DNA from: Kineococcus radiotolerans SRS30216 = ATCC BAA-149
Lineage (GTDB): Bacteria > Actinomycetota > Actinomycetes > Actinomycetales > Kineococcaceae
Assembly (NCBI RefSeq): GCF_000017305.1
Contig: NC_009664.2
Coordinates: 2,790,001-2,822,000, forward strand
Direction: 5' to 3'
DNA: 32,000 nucleotides
Shown: piece after piece, positions 15,684-23,460 of the stretch
How the letters are laid out: each line of letters begins with the position of its first letter
How positions within the stretch are numbered: position 1 is the first letter of the stretch
The notes under the pieces: model-generated
Told to the model about the DNA's origin: nothing
The model's input: the letters and a program-made list of their open reading frames with translations, nothing else
The model's database searches: none
Made by a program: the position numbers and the translations under genes

Positions 15684-17255
15684 TCACTCGCCGTGATCGC
15701 GGTTCGGCGGAGCCGCCCCCGGCCCCCCGGGACCCTGACCCCGCACGAGCAGCGCCAGGTGCAGCGCCAGCCGCGTCTCGGGGTCGTCCAGGTCCCGCCC
15801 CAGCCGCCCCGCCAGCCGCTGCACCCGCCCGTAGGCCGCCGGGCGGGACAGGTGCAGCAGCCCCGCCAGTCTCGTCATCGACCCGCCCGAAGCCAGCAGG
15901 TGGGCCAGCAGCTCCAGGTCCGCCCGCCCCCCGTCGGGGGCGTCGAGCAGCGGCGCGAGCTGACCCTCGGCGAACTCCGCCACCCGTGCGTCGTCGCGCA
16001 ACCGCCACAGCAGCCCCCGCACCCCCAGGTCGGCCGCGCGGCGCACCCGCCCGGGCGCGCGCCCCGGGGCCGCGGCGGCCACCTGCGCGACGTGCCGGGC
16101 CTCGGCGAACCCCTCGCCGGTCCCGCTGAGGCGCTCCCCGGGGGCGGTCACCCCCAGCGTCGCCGACGCCGGCAGCTCCGCCGCCAGCCGCACCAGCGAC
16201 CGCTCCGCGGCCCCGACGAGCAGGACGCCCACCACGTCCGGCCCCAGGACCCCCGTGATCCCCACGACCCCGGCCGCTCGCAGCGCGGCGGCCACCGCCG
16301 GGCGGTCGGCCCCGCCGGGGGTGTGCACGGCCCCCGCCGCGAACCCCCCGCGCACGGGCAGCCCCAGGGCCCGCAACCGCTGCCGCAGCGCCGGTTCGTC
16401 GACGGGACGGGCCCGCAGCAGGTCGCTGACGAGGTCGCCGTGGGCGCGGTCGGCGGTGACCTCGCCGGGACCGCCCGCGGCCAGCAGCCGCAGGACGGTC
16501 AGGACCTCCGCCGCGCGCTCCAGGACCAGGCCGGCGTCCTGCCCCGCCCCCCGCCCGGGCAGGACCAGCCGGCCCCAGCGCTCACCCGGCCGGCCCACCG
16601 CCACCGCCGTCCACCCCTCCGGGCCGCCGCCCGGGCCCCCACCGCCCTCGCGGCGCGAGCGGCGCGCCCAGTCCCGCAGCACCTCCACGGTGCCGCTGCG
16701 GCCGGGGACGTGGTCCACCGCGCGGTGGGCGAGGTCCTCCAGCACCACCGGCGCGTCCAGCAGCCCCGCGGCGCGCTCCAGGACCTCCCGCGTCGAGGCC
16801 CCCGACGTCCCCAGCGCCGCGAACGTCGAGTGCACCCGCTCGGCGAAGCGCAGCCGCTCGTGCTGGGCGTCCAGCAGCCGCGCGTGCACCCGCTCGGTGA
16901 CCTCCACGAACCGGATCGCCCGGTGCAGCTCCACCAGCGGCAGACCGCCCGCCCGCGCCGCCCGCAGCAGCGGGGCCGGCAGCGCGGGCAGGACCTCGCC
17001 CAGCTCGACGACCAGACCCGCCGCGCCCGCCTCGACCAGGGCGCCCACGTACCCGTCGGCGTCGAAGCCGGCCCGGGTCAGGCCCAGCCCCGTCGACAGC
17101 AGCAGCTCCCCGCCGCCCAGCAGCCCCGTCACGTCGGCCTGCTCGCTGACGTGGACCCAGCGCACCGGTGCGTCGAGGCGGTCCTCCCCGGCCCGCACGC
17201 GCGGCGCCCCGGCCACCAGGACCGGCAGGGCGAGGACGTCCGCGACCGTCAGCAC
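15684..17255 (-). CDS. PucR family transcriptional regulator
   Basis: N-terminus MLTVADVLALPVLVAGAPRVRAGEDRLDAPVRWVHVSE...GGELLLSTGLGL is the PucR/PurC-like domain. C-terminal HTH: GSMTRLAGLLHLSRPAAYGRVQRLAGRLG. GTG 17255 lies 6 nt after TAACCT (reverse complement of 17262-17267). Confidence 0.88.
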   Translation of the reverse strand: MLTVADVLALPVLVAGAPRVRAGEDRLDAPVRWVHVSEQADVTGLLGGGELLLSTGLGLTRAGFDADGYVGALVEAGAAGLVVELGEVLPALPAPLLRAARAGGLPLVELHRAIRFVEVTERVHARLLDAQHERLRFAERVHSTFAALGTSGASTREVLERAAGLLDAPVVLEDLAHRAVDHVPGRSGTVEVLRDWARRSRREGGGGPGGGPEGWTAVAVGRPGERWGRLVLPGRGAGQDAGLVLERAAEVLTVLRLLAAGGPGEVTADRAHGDLVSDLLRARPVDEPALRQRLRALGLPVRGGFAAGAVHTPGGADRPAVAAALRAAGVVGITGVLGPDVVGVLLVGAAERSLVRLAAELPASATLGVTAPGERLSGTGEGFAEARHVAQVAAAAPGRAPGRVRRAADLGVRGLLWRLRDDARVAEFAEGQLAPLLDAPDGGRADLELLAHLLASGGSMTRLAGLLHLSRPAAYGRVQRLAGRLGRDLDDPETRLALHLALLVRGQGPGGPGAAPPNRDHGE

Positions 17256-17261
17256 GCGGGG

Positions 17262-17287
17262 AGGTTAGCGCCGACGCTTCGTCGGCG
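17262..17287 (-). promoter_or_regulatory. -10-like TAACCT plus adjacent 19-bp palindrome CGCCGACG-CTT-CGTCGGCG upstream of the PucR gene
   Basis: aggtta (17262-17267) reads TAACCT on the minus strand, 6 nt from the GTG. cgccgacg (17269-17276) / cgtcggcg (17280-17287) are perfect reverse complements. Candidate autoregulatory operator in the PucR/aminotransferase divergent region. Confidence 0.35.
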
Positions 17288-17391
17288 GGAGCGCCCCGGT
17301 GCCGACGGAGCGTCGCTGGTGCCCCGCCGGTGGCCCGGGCACGCTGGGGGGACGTCCCGCAGTCCCGACGCGATCCCCAGGAGGGCCCGGC

Positions 17392-18798
17392 ATGACCGTG
17401 ACCGAGCAGAGCGTCCCGCAGACCGCGCCCGGCGCCCCCGGCCCGGCCCGCGCCGCCCGCGACCACCTGTGGATGCACTTCGCCCGCATGGGCGCCTACC
17501 AGGACCGGCCCGCGCCCGTCATCGTCAAGGGCGAGGGCGCGCACGTGTGGGACGACCGGGGCCACAAGGTCCTCGACGGCCTCTCCGGGCTGTTCGTCGT
17601 CCAGGCCGGGCACGGCCGCGCCGAGCTCGCCGAGGTCATGGCGAAGCAGGCCGAGACCCTCGCGTTCTTCCCCGTCTGGGGCTACGCGACCGAACCCGCG
17701 GTCCAGCTCGCCGAGCGGGTCGCCTCCTACGCCCCGGGGGACCTGAACCGGGTGTTCTTCACCACCGGCGGCGGCGAGGCCGTCGAGAGCGCCTGGAAGG
17801 TCGCCAAGCAGTACTTCAAGCTCACCGGGAAACCGATGAAGCACAAGGTGATCTCCCGGGCCACCGCCTACCACGGGACCCCGCAGGGCGCGCTCGCCAT
17901 CACCGGCCTGCCGGCCATGAAGCAGGCCTTCGAACCCCTGACGCCCGGGGGTTTCCGGGTGCCGAACACCAACATCTACCGCGCCGAGCGGATGGGCGCC
18001 CCCACCGACCCGGTCGCGTTCGGCGCGTGGGCCGCGGCCCGCATCGAGGAGGCCATCCTCTTCGAGGGACCCGAGACCGTCGCCGCCGTCGTGCTCGAAC
18101 CCGTGCAGAACTCCGGCGGCTGCTTCGTCCCGCCCCCGGGGTACTTCCAGCGGGTGCGCGAGATCTGCGACCGGCACGACGTGCTGCTGGTCTCCGACGA
18201 GGTCATCTGCGGCTTCGGCCGCCACGGCACGATGTTCGCCTGCGAGAAGTTCGGCTACCAGCCCGACATCATCACCTGCGCCAAGGGCATGAGCTCCGGG
18301 TACGGCCCCATCGGGGCGATGATCGCCAGCGACCGCATCATGGAGCCGTTCCTGGAGGGGAAGAACTTCTTCCCCCACGGGTACACCTTCGGCGGGCACC
18401 CGGTCTCGGCCGCGGTGTCGCTGGCGAACCTGGACATCTTCGAGCGCGAGGGCCTGAACCAGAACGTCCTCGACAACGAGCAGGCGCTGGGCGACACCCT
18501 GCGCCGGCTGCTGGACCTCGACATCGTGGGCGACGTCCGCGGCGACGGGTACTTCTGGGCGGTCGAGCTGGTCAAGGACAAGGCCACGAAGGAGACCTTC
18601 GACCTCGCCGAGCGCGAGACGCTGATCAAGCAGTTCCTGCCCGGGGCGCTGTTCCGCAACGGCCTCTACGCCCGCCCGGACGACCGCGGCGAACCCGTCA
18701 TCCAGGTCGCGCCCGCCCTGACCACCGGCCAGGCCGAGTTCGACGAGATGGAGCAGGTGCTGCGGGCCACCCTGACCGAGGCGATGCGCCTGGTCTGA
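17392..18798 (+). CDS. Class III (omega-type) PLP aminotransferase, aspartate aminotransferase family
   Basis: ATG 17392 lies 6 nt after AGGAGGG. LLVSDEVICGFGRHG and IITCAKGMSSGYGPIGA (PLP lysine) are typical of omega-amino acid / putrescine:pyruvate-type transaminases. Divergent PucR regulator. Confidence 0.92.
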   Translation: MTVTEQSVPQTAPGAPGPARAARDHLWMHFARMGAYQDRPAPVIVKGEGAHVWDDRGHKVLDGLSGLFVVQAGHGRAELAEVMAKQAETLAFFPVWGYATEPAVQLAERVASYAPGDLNRVFFTTGGGEAVESAWKVAKQYFKLTGKPMKHKVISRATAYHGTPQGALAITGLPAMKQAFEPLTPGGFRVPNTNIYRAERMGAPTDPVAFGAWAAARIEEAILFEGPETVAAVVLEPVQNSGGCFVPPPGYFQRVREICDRHDVLLVSDEVICGFGRHGTMFACEKFGYQPDIITCAKGMSSGYGPIGAMIASDRIMEPFLEGKNFFPHGYTFGGHPVSAAVSLANLDIFEREGLNQNVLDNEQALGDTLRRLLDLDIVGDVRGDGYFWAVELVKDKATKETFDLAERETLIKQFLPGALFRNGLYARPDDRGEPVIQVAPALTTGQAEFDEMEQVLRATLTEAMRLV

Positions 18799-18904
18799 CC
18801 CGGCGGGCCGGCCCTGGGTGGTCCGGCGCTCAAGTGGGCCGCTCACCGGTCGATGGTGTCCAGGTGCGGTCGACTGACCGCCGGGACCATCAGGAGTGAC
18901 TGGG

Positions 18905-20542
18905 ATGTCGAAGGCGCCTACCGGCCGCGGTGCCGGCCCCCGCCGCCGGCGGTTCGCCGACCGGTCCGTGGCCACCAAGCTGGCCGCTCTCGTCGGGGTG
19001 TCCTCGGCGATGGCGGCCGCGCTGCTGGGCGTGGGCCTCACCGGCGCCTCCGAGGTCAACGGGCGCGCGCACGCCATCTACGCCGAGGACCTCGTCCCCG
19101 CCGGTCAGCTGGCCGGGATCCGGGCCGCGGCCGTCGAGGCGCAGCGCGACCTCGCCAACCTGGCCCTCGCCCAGGACGACGCCGCGCGCACCGACCTGCA
19201 GGCCCGCCTGGCCGACGACGACCAGCGGCTGGACGACCTCGTGGAGGACTTCTCCGCGGCCACCACGACCGCGCAGCAGCGGGCGGAGCTGAAGGAGTTC
19301 ACCGTCTGGTGGGACTCCTACCGCGCCACCCGCGACAACTTCCTGCTGCCGCTGGCCACCTCCGGCGACCCCGCCGACCGCGCGAAGTTCCAGACCCTCT
19401 ACCTGGGCAACGTGGCGATCCTCGCCGACCACGCCCAGGACGCGCTGGACGCCCTGGACGCCTCCAGCGACCGCCACGCCTCCGCCTCGGTGGCCGCCGC
19501 CTCCGGCAGCTACTCCACGGCCCGCACCGCCATGGTCGCCGTCGCCCTCGCCGGCCTGCTGATCACGGTCCTGCTGGCCACCTGGACCACCCGCCTGGTG
19601 GTCCGGCCGCTGCGCCAGGTCGTCGCGGTCCTCGACCGCGTCGCCCGCGGCGACCTCACCGCCACCGCCGACGTGGCCCAGCTCGACGAGGTCGGCCGGA
19701 TGGCGCAGGCCCTCGGCACCGCGACCGGCAGCATGCGCGACACCGTCTCCAGCCTGCACGGCGAGGCCGTCGCGCTGGCCTCCGCGGCCGAGGAGCTGCG
19801 CGCGAACAGCCGCGTCATCGCCGGCGGCGTCGACGACGTCTCCCAGCGCGCGGCCGAGGTCGCCCAGGCCGCCAACCAGGTCAGCGCCCACATCGCCGGC
19901 GCCGCGGCCGGCGCGGAGGAGATGGGTTCCTCGATCCGCGAGATCTCGACCAACGCCTCCCGCGCGGCCGACGTGGCCGGCGACGCGGTGCGCATCGCGG
20001 GCGAGACCGGCCAGACGATGGCCCAGCTCGGCCGGTCCTCCGCCGAGATCGGGGACGTGGTCAAGACCATCACCTCCATCGCCGAGCAGACCAACCTGCT
20101 CGCGCTCAACGCGACGATCGAGGCCGCGCGGGCCGGTGACGCCGGCCGCGGGTTCGCGGTCGTGGCCGGCGAGGTGAAGGAGCTCAGCGGCCAGACCGCG
20201 CGGGCCACCGAGGACATCGCCCAGCGCATCGAGGCCATCCAGCGCGACGTGGACCAGGCGGTGGCCGCCATCGGCAGCATCGGCACGGTCGTCGCGGAGA
20301 TCAGCGACTACCAGGGCACCATCGCCGCCGCGGTGGAGGAGCAGGCCGCCACGACCCAGGAGATGGGGCGCAGCGTCGCCGACGCCGCCGGCGGCGCGGG
20401 GCAGATCGCCGCCACCGTCGACACGGTGGCCTCCGCGGCCCACACCACGGGCTCCGGCGCCTCCGACAGCGAGCGCGCCGTCGGCGAGCTGGCCGAGATG
20501 GCCGCCCGCATGCGCACCACCGTCTCGCACTTCACCTACTGA
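18905..20542 (+). CDS. Methyl-accepting chemotaxis protein (two TM segments, helical extracytoplasmic sensor, HAMP, MCP signalling domain)
   Basis: ATG 18905 lies 8 nt after AGGAG. TM1 [20 protein letters not shown], then about 165 aa of helical Ala/Asp/Leu-rich region, then TM2 [23 protein letters not shown]: [19 protein letters not shown]. Signalling hairpin: [37 protein letters not shown]. Confidence 0.92.
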   Translation: MSKAPTGRGAGPRRRRFADRSVATKLAALVGVSSAMAAALLGVGLTGASEVNGRAHAIYAEDLVPAGQLAGIRAAAVEAQRDLANLALAQDDAARTDLQARLADDDQRLDDLVEDFSAATTTAQQRAELKEFTVWWDSYRATRDNFLLPLATSGDPADRAKFQTLYLGNVAILADHAQDALDALDASSDRHASASVAAASGSYSTARTAMVAVALAGLLITVLLATWTTRLVVRPLRQVVAVLDRVARGDLTATADVAQLDEVGRMAQALGTATGSMRDTVSSLHGEAVALASAAEELRANSRVIAGGVDDVSQRAAEVAQAANQVSAHIAGAAAGAEEMGSSIREISTNASRAADVAGDAVRIAGETGQTMAQLGRSSAEIGDVVKTITSIAEQTNLLALNATIEAARAGDAGRGFAVVAGEVKELSGQTARATEDIAQRIEAIQRDVDQAVAAIGSIGTVVAEISDYQGTIAAAVEEQAATTQEMGRSVADAAGGAGQIAATVDTVASAAHTTGSGASDSERAVGELAEMAARMRTTVSHFTY

Positions 20543-20565
20543 CGACCAGAGGCCGGAGAACCACG

Positions 20566-21654
20566 ATGAGCCGCACCACCGCGCGCACGGCGACCCTGCT
20601 CGCCGGGGCCACCCTCCTCGCCGGCGCCCTCGCCGGCTGCGGCGGGGACACCGCCACCACCTCGGCCGCCGCCGCGGAGGGACCGCACGTCGCCTTCCTC
20701 GTCCCCGCGACGTCGCTGCGCTTCATGGCCTACGACGTGCCGAACTTCTCCGTCGAGCTCGCCCAGCGGTGCCCGACGTGCGTCGTCGACGTCCAGACCG
20801 CCGAGGACCAGGCCACCCAGAACGCCCAGGGCGTGCAGGCGATCCGCGACGGGGCCGAGGCCGTGGTGGTGGTCGCCCTCGACGGCGCCGCGGCCGGTGA
20901 CCTCGTCTCCGCGGCGAACTCCGCCGACGTCCCCGTCGTCGCCTACGACCGCCTCCTCAAGGACTCGGCGATCGACTACTACACCTCCTTCGACGGCGGG
21001 GCCGTGGGGGAGCTCGGCGGTCAGGCGATCCTGGACGCCATCGGCACCGACACCGCCGGGGGCGCGATCGTCATGCTCCAGGGCGACCCCGCCGACAACA
21101 ACGCCGGGCTGTTCGCCGCCGGGGCGCACTCCGTCCTCGACGGGAAGGTCGACGTCGCCTCCGAGCGCTACGTCGCCGGGTGGAGCGCCGACCAGGCCGC
21201 CGTCGAGATGCGCGCGGCCCTGGGCGAGCTGAACGGCCGCCGGTTGCTGGGCGTCTACACCGCCTACGACGGCCTGGCCGCGGGTGCGCTGCAGGCCCTC
21301 GACGAGGCCGGTCTCTCCGGGGTCCCGATCACCGGTCAGGACGCCGAGACCGCTGCGCTGCAGCGCATCCTGGCCGGCACCCAGACGATGACGGTCTACA
21401 AGGACCTGCCCGGGCAGGCCCGCGCCACGGCCGACCTCGTCGCCGACGTCCTCGAGGGGAAGACCCCCGCGACGACCGGCACCACCGACAACGGGGCCGG
21501 CGCGGTCCCCACCGTCCTGCTGCAGCCGCAGGCGGTGGGGAAGGCGGAGGTCCAGAGCGAGGTCCTCGCCGACGGCTACACGACCGTCGACGCGCTGTGC
21601 GCCGGGGCCGCCAGCCAGACCTGCGCCGAGGCGGGCGTCTCCGCCACCCGCTGA
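20566..21654 (+). CDS. Sugar-binding lipoprotein of the type I periplasmic-binding-protein fold (RbsB/XylF/ChvE-like), with no adjacent permease or ATPase
   Basis: ATG 20566 lies 6 nt after GGAGA and 23 nt after the MCP stop. Signal peptide with lipobox LAGC. VAFLVP...VVVVALDG...VPVVAYDRL...TGQDAE pattern matches Peripla_BP_1/4 sugar binders. The next gene is convergent. Confidence 0.85.
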   Translation: MSRTTARTATLLAGATLLAGALAGCGGDTATTSAAAAEGPHVAFLVPATSLRFMAYDVPNFSVELAQRCPTCVVDVQTAEDQATQNAQGVQAIRDGAEAVVVVALDGAAAGDLVSAANSADVPVVAYDRLLKDSAIDYYTSFDGGAVGELGGQAILDAIGTDTAGGAIVMLQGDPADNNAGLFAAGAHSVLDGKVDVASERYVAGWSADQAAVEMRAALGELNGRRLLGVYTAYDGLAAGALQALDEAGLSGVPITGQDAETAALQRILAGTQTMTVYKDLPGQARATADLVADVLEGKTPATTGTTDNGAGAVPTVLLQPQAVGKAEVQSEVLADGYTTVDALCAGAASQTCAEAGVSATR

Positions 21655-21668
21655 CGCGGGACCGGCGC

Positions 21669-21690
21669 CCCGGTCAGCGCCCGGTCAGCG
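21669..21690. repeat. Exact tandem duplication of an 11-mer (cccggtcagcg x2) spanning the pdxY stop codon
   Basis: 21669-21679 and 21680-21690 are identical. The second copy carries the pdxY stop (tca 21685-21687). Confidence 0.7.
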
Positions 21691-22536
21691 CACGCGCCGG
21701 GCGCTGAACTGCATCCGCGGGTTCGCGAAGGACTCCTGCGCCTGCACGATGCGCAGTTCCCGCTGCCCGGAGCGGTGGGTCGCCTCGATGAGGTCGAAGA
21801 CGCTGGAGGCGGTCCGCTCCAGGGCGAGCGCGGCGTCGCCGGTCTCGCGGTGGTGGGCGGAGAACAGCGCGGCGGTGACGTCGCCGGACCCGTTGGCCTT
21901 GAACGGCAGCAGGGGGGTCTGCACGACCCACGCCCCGGCGTCCTCGACCACGAGCATCTCGATCGTCCCGTCCTCGCGGTCGGGGCGCTCGACGCTGGTG
22001 ACGAGCACCGTCGAGGGGCCCATCGCGCGGGCGGCGTCGGCGGAGGCCAGCGTCGACTCGATCGTCGAGGGGTCGGTCCCGGTGAGGAACCCCAGCTCGA
22101 ACTGGTTCGGGGTGATGAGGTCGGCGACGGGCACGACCCGGTCGCGCAGCAGGTGCGGGATCTCGGGGGCGACGAAGCAGCCGGACTTCGCGTTGCCCAT
22201 CACCGGGTCGCAGGCGTAGACCGCGGAGGGGTTGGCGGCCTTGACGCGGCGGACGGTGTCCACGATCACGTCGCCGATGCCGGTGCCGCCCTGGTACCCG
22301 GACAGCACGACGTCGATCTCGGGGAAGACCCCGCGTTCCTCCACCCCGGCGATGACGTCGGCGACGTCGGAAGCCGCCATGACCGGTCCCCGCCACGACC
22401 CGTAGCCGGTGTGGTTGGAGAAGTTGACCGTGTGGACGGGGACGACCTCGACCCCGATGCGCTGGAGGGGGAACACGGCCGCGGAGTTGCCGACGTGGCC
22501 GTGGGCCACCGCCGACTGGATCGAGAGGACCTTCAT
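21685..22536 (-). CDS. pdxY: Pyridoxal kinase (PdxY-type)
   Basis: MKVLSIQSAVAHGHVGNSAAVFPLQRIGVEVVPVHTVNFSNHTGYGSWRG is the canonical PdxY N-terminus. I chose ATG 22536 (internal to track ORF 21685..22569) because it matches that N-terminus. Confidence 0.9.
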   Translation of the reverse strand: MKVLSIQSAVAHGHVGNSAAVFPLQRIGVEVVPVHTVNFSNHTGYGSWRGPVMAASDVADVIAGVEERGVFPEIDVVLSGYQGGTGIGDVIVDTVRRVKAANPSAVYACDPVMGNAKSGCFVAPEIPHLLRDRVVPVADLITPNQFELGFLTGTDPSTIESTLASADAARAMGPSTVLVTSVERPDREDGTIEMLVVEDAGAWVVQTPLLPFKANGSGDVTAALFSAHHRETGDAALALERTASSVFDLIEATHRSGQRELRIVQAQESFANPRMQFSARRVR

Positions 22537-22593
22537 CCGGTCAGTTTCCCCCACCGGCCGGCGGGCCACGACCCGTGACCGCCGGGGCGCGGC

Positions 22594-23424
22594 TCAGAAC
22601 GCGGCGGTGCCCCGCAGCACGACCTCCGTGTCGCCGCCGACCCAGACGCGCCCGCCCTCGCGCTCGACCCGCACCCGTCCCGCGCGCCCGACCGCGCCCC
22701 CCTGCGCGGCGACGTAGCGGTCGGGGAGGTCGCTCAGCCACTGCCCGATCGCGGCGTTGAGGCTGCCCGTCACCGGGTCCTCCACGAACGTGGCGCCCTC
22801 GCCGACGAAGGCGCGGACCTCCACCGCCGCCTCGTGGCCCTCGGGGTGGGCGCCCACGACGCCCACGGCCAGCCCGGCCAGCGGTCCCGGGTCCGGGACC
22901 AGCCGCAGGACGCCCGCCGCGTCGGCCAGCCGCACCACGACCCACTCGGGCCCGTTGACCAGGTGGGAGCTCGCGACGACGTCGCCCGCGCCCACCCCGA
23001 GCCCCTCCAGCACCCGCGCCAGCAGGTCCGGGGCCAGCGGCCCCCGGCGCGTCAGCGGCGGCGCGGCGAAGGCCAGGGCGCTCCCGGTGCAGCGGACCTC
23101 GACCGGGCCGGCCCCGCACTCCTGCACGATGACGCCGGGGCGGCGGGGGGTGCCGCCGGCCTCCGCCCAGGCCCGGGCGGAACCGAGCGTGGGGTGCCCG
23201 GCGAACGGCAGCTCCCCGCGGGTCGTGAAGATCCGCACCCGGTAGTCCGCCTCCGGGGTCGTCGGCCGCAGCAGGAACGTCGTCTCGGACAGGTTCGTCC
23301 AGGCGGCGAAGCGCTGCATCTGCCCGGCGGTGAGGTCGTCGGCGTCGTGGACCACGGCGACCGGGTTCCCGCCCAGGGGCACGGCGGAGAACACGTCGAC
23401 CTGGGTGAAGCGGAGCTCGCGCAC
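22594..23424 (-). CDS. PhzF-family isomerase/epimerase-like protein
   Basis: FTQVDVFSAVPLGGNPVAVVHDAD and NLSETTFLL (catalytic Glu context) are PhzF-family hallmarks. About 276 aa. Confidence 0.87.
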   Translation of the reverse strand: MRELRFTQVDVFSAVPLGGNPVAVVHDADDLTAGQMQRFAAWTNLSETTFLLRPTTPEADYRVRIFTTRGELPFAGHPTLGSARAWAEAGGTPRRPGVIVQECGAGPVEVRCTGSALAFAAPPLTRRGPLAPDLLARVLEGLGVGAGDVVASSHLVNGPEWVVVRLADAAGVLRLVPDPGPLAGLAVGVVGAHPEGHEAAVEVRAFVGEGATFVEDPVTGSLNAAIGQWLSDLPDRYVAAQGGAVGRAGRVRVEREGGRVWVGGDTEVVLRGTAAF

Positions 23425-23460
23425 CCCGGCACGCTAGCGCCGCCCGGCGGGCCGGGGTCC

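Noticed and set aside
457-17358. Shared GGACGTC core in three regulatory palindromes (457-475, 6680-6686, 17349-17358) as evidence of a common regulator. Also a 12-nt identity between 458-469 and coding sequence 1032-1043.
   Set aside because: A GC-rich 7-mer is expected several times by chance in 32 kb at this base composition. The 12-mer also occurs inside the SBP coding region (KDVLE codons), so there is no statistical support for a shared regulon.
18805-18814. 10-nt perfect palindrome GGGCCGGCCC after the aminotransferase stop, considered as a terminator.
   Set aside because: There is no loop and it is too short to form a stable hairpin. I found no convincing terminator in 18799-18904.
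15693-18899. 1068-aa plus-strand ORF, and the 831-aa minus-strand ORF 16582..19077, spanning the PucR and aminotransferase loci.
   Set aside because: They cross a divergent intergenic region and two well-supported genes. Their composition (runs of R, P, G, Q) is typical of shadow frames, and no domain motifs are visible.
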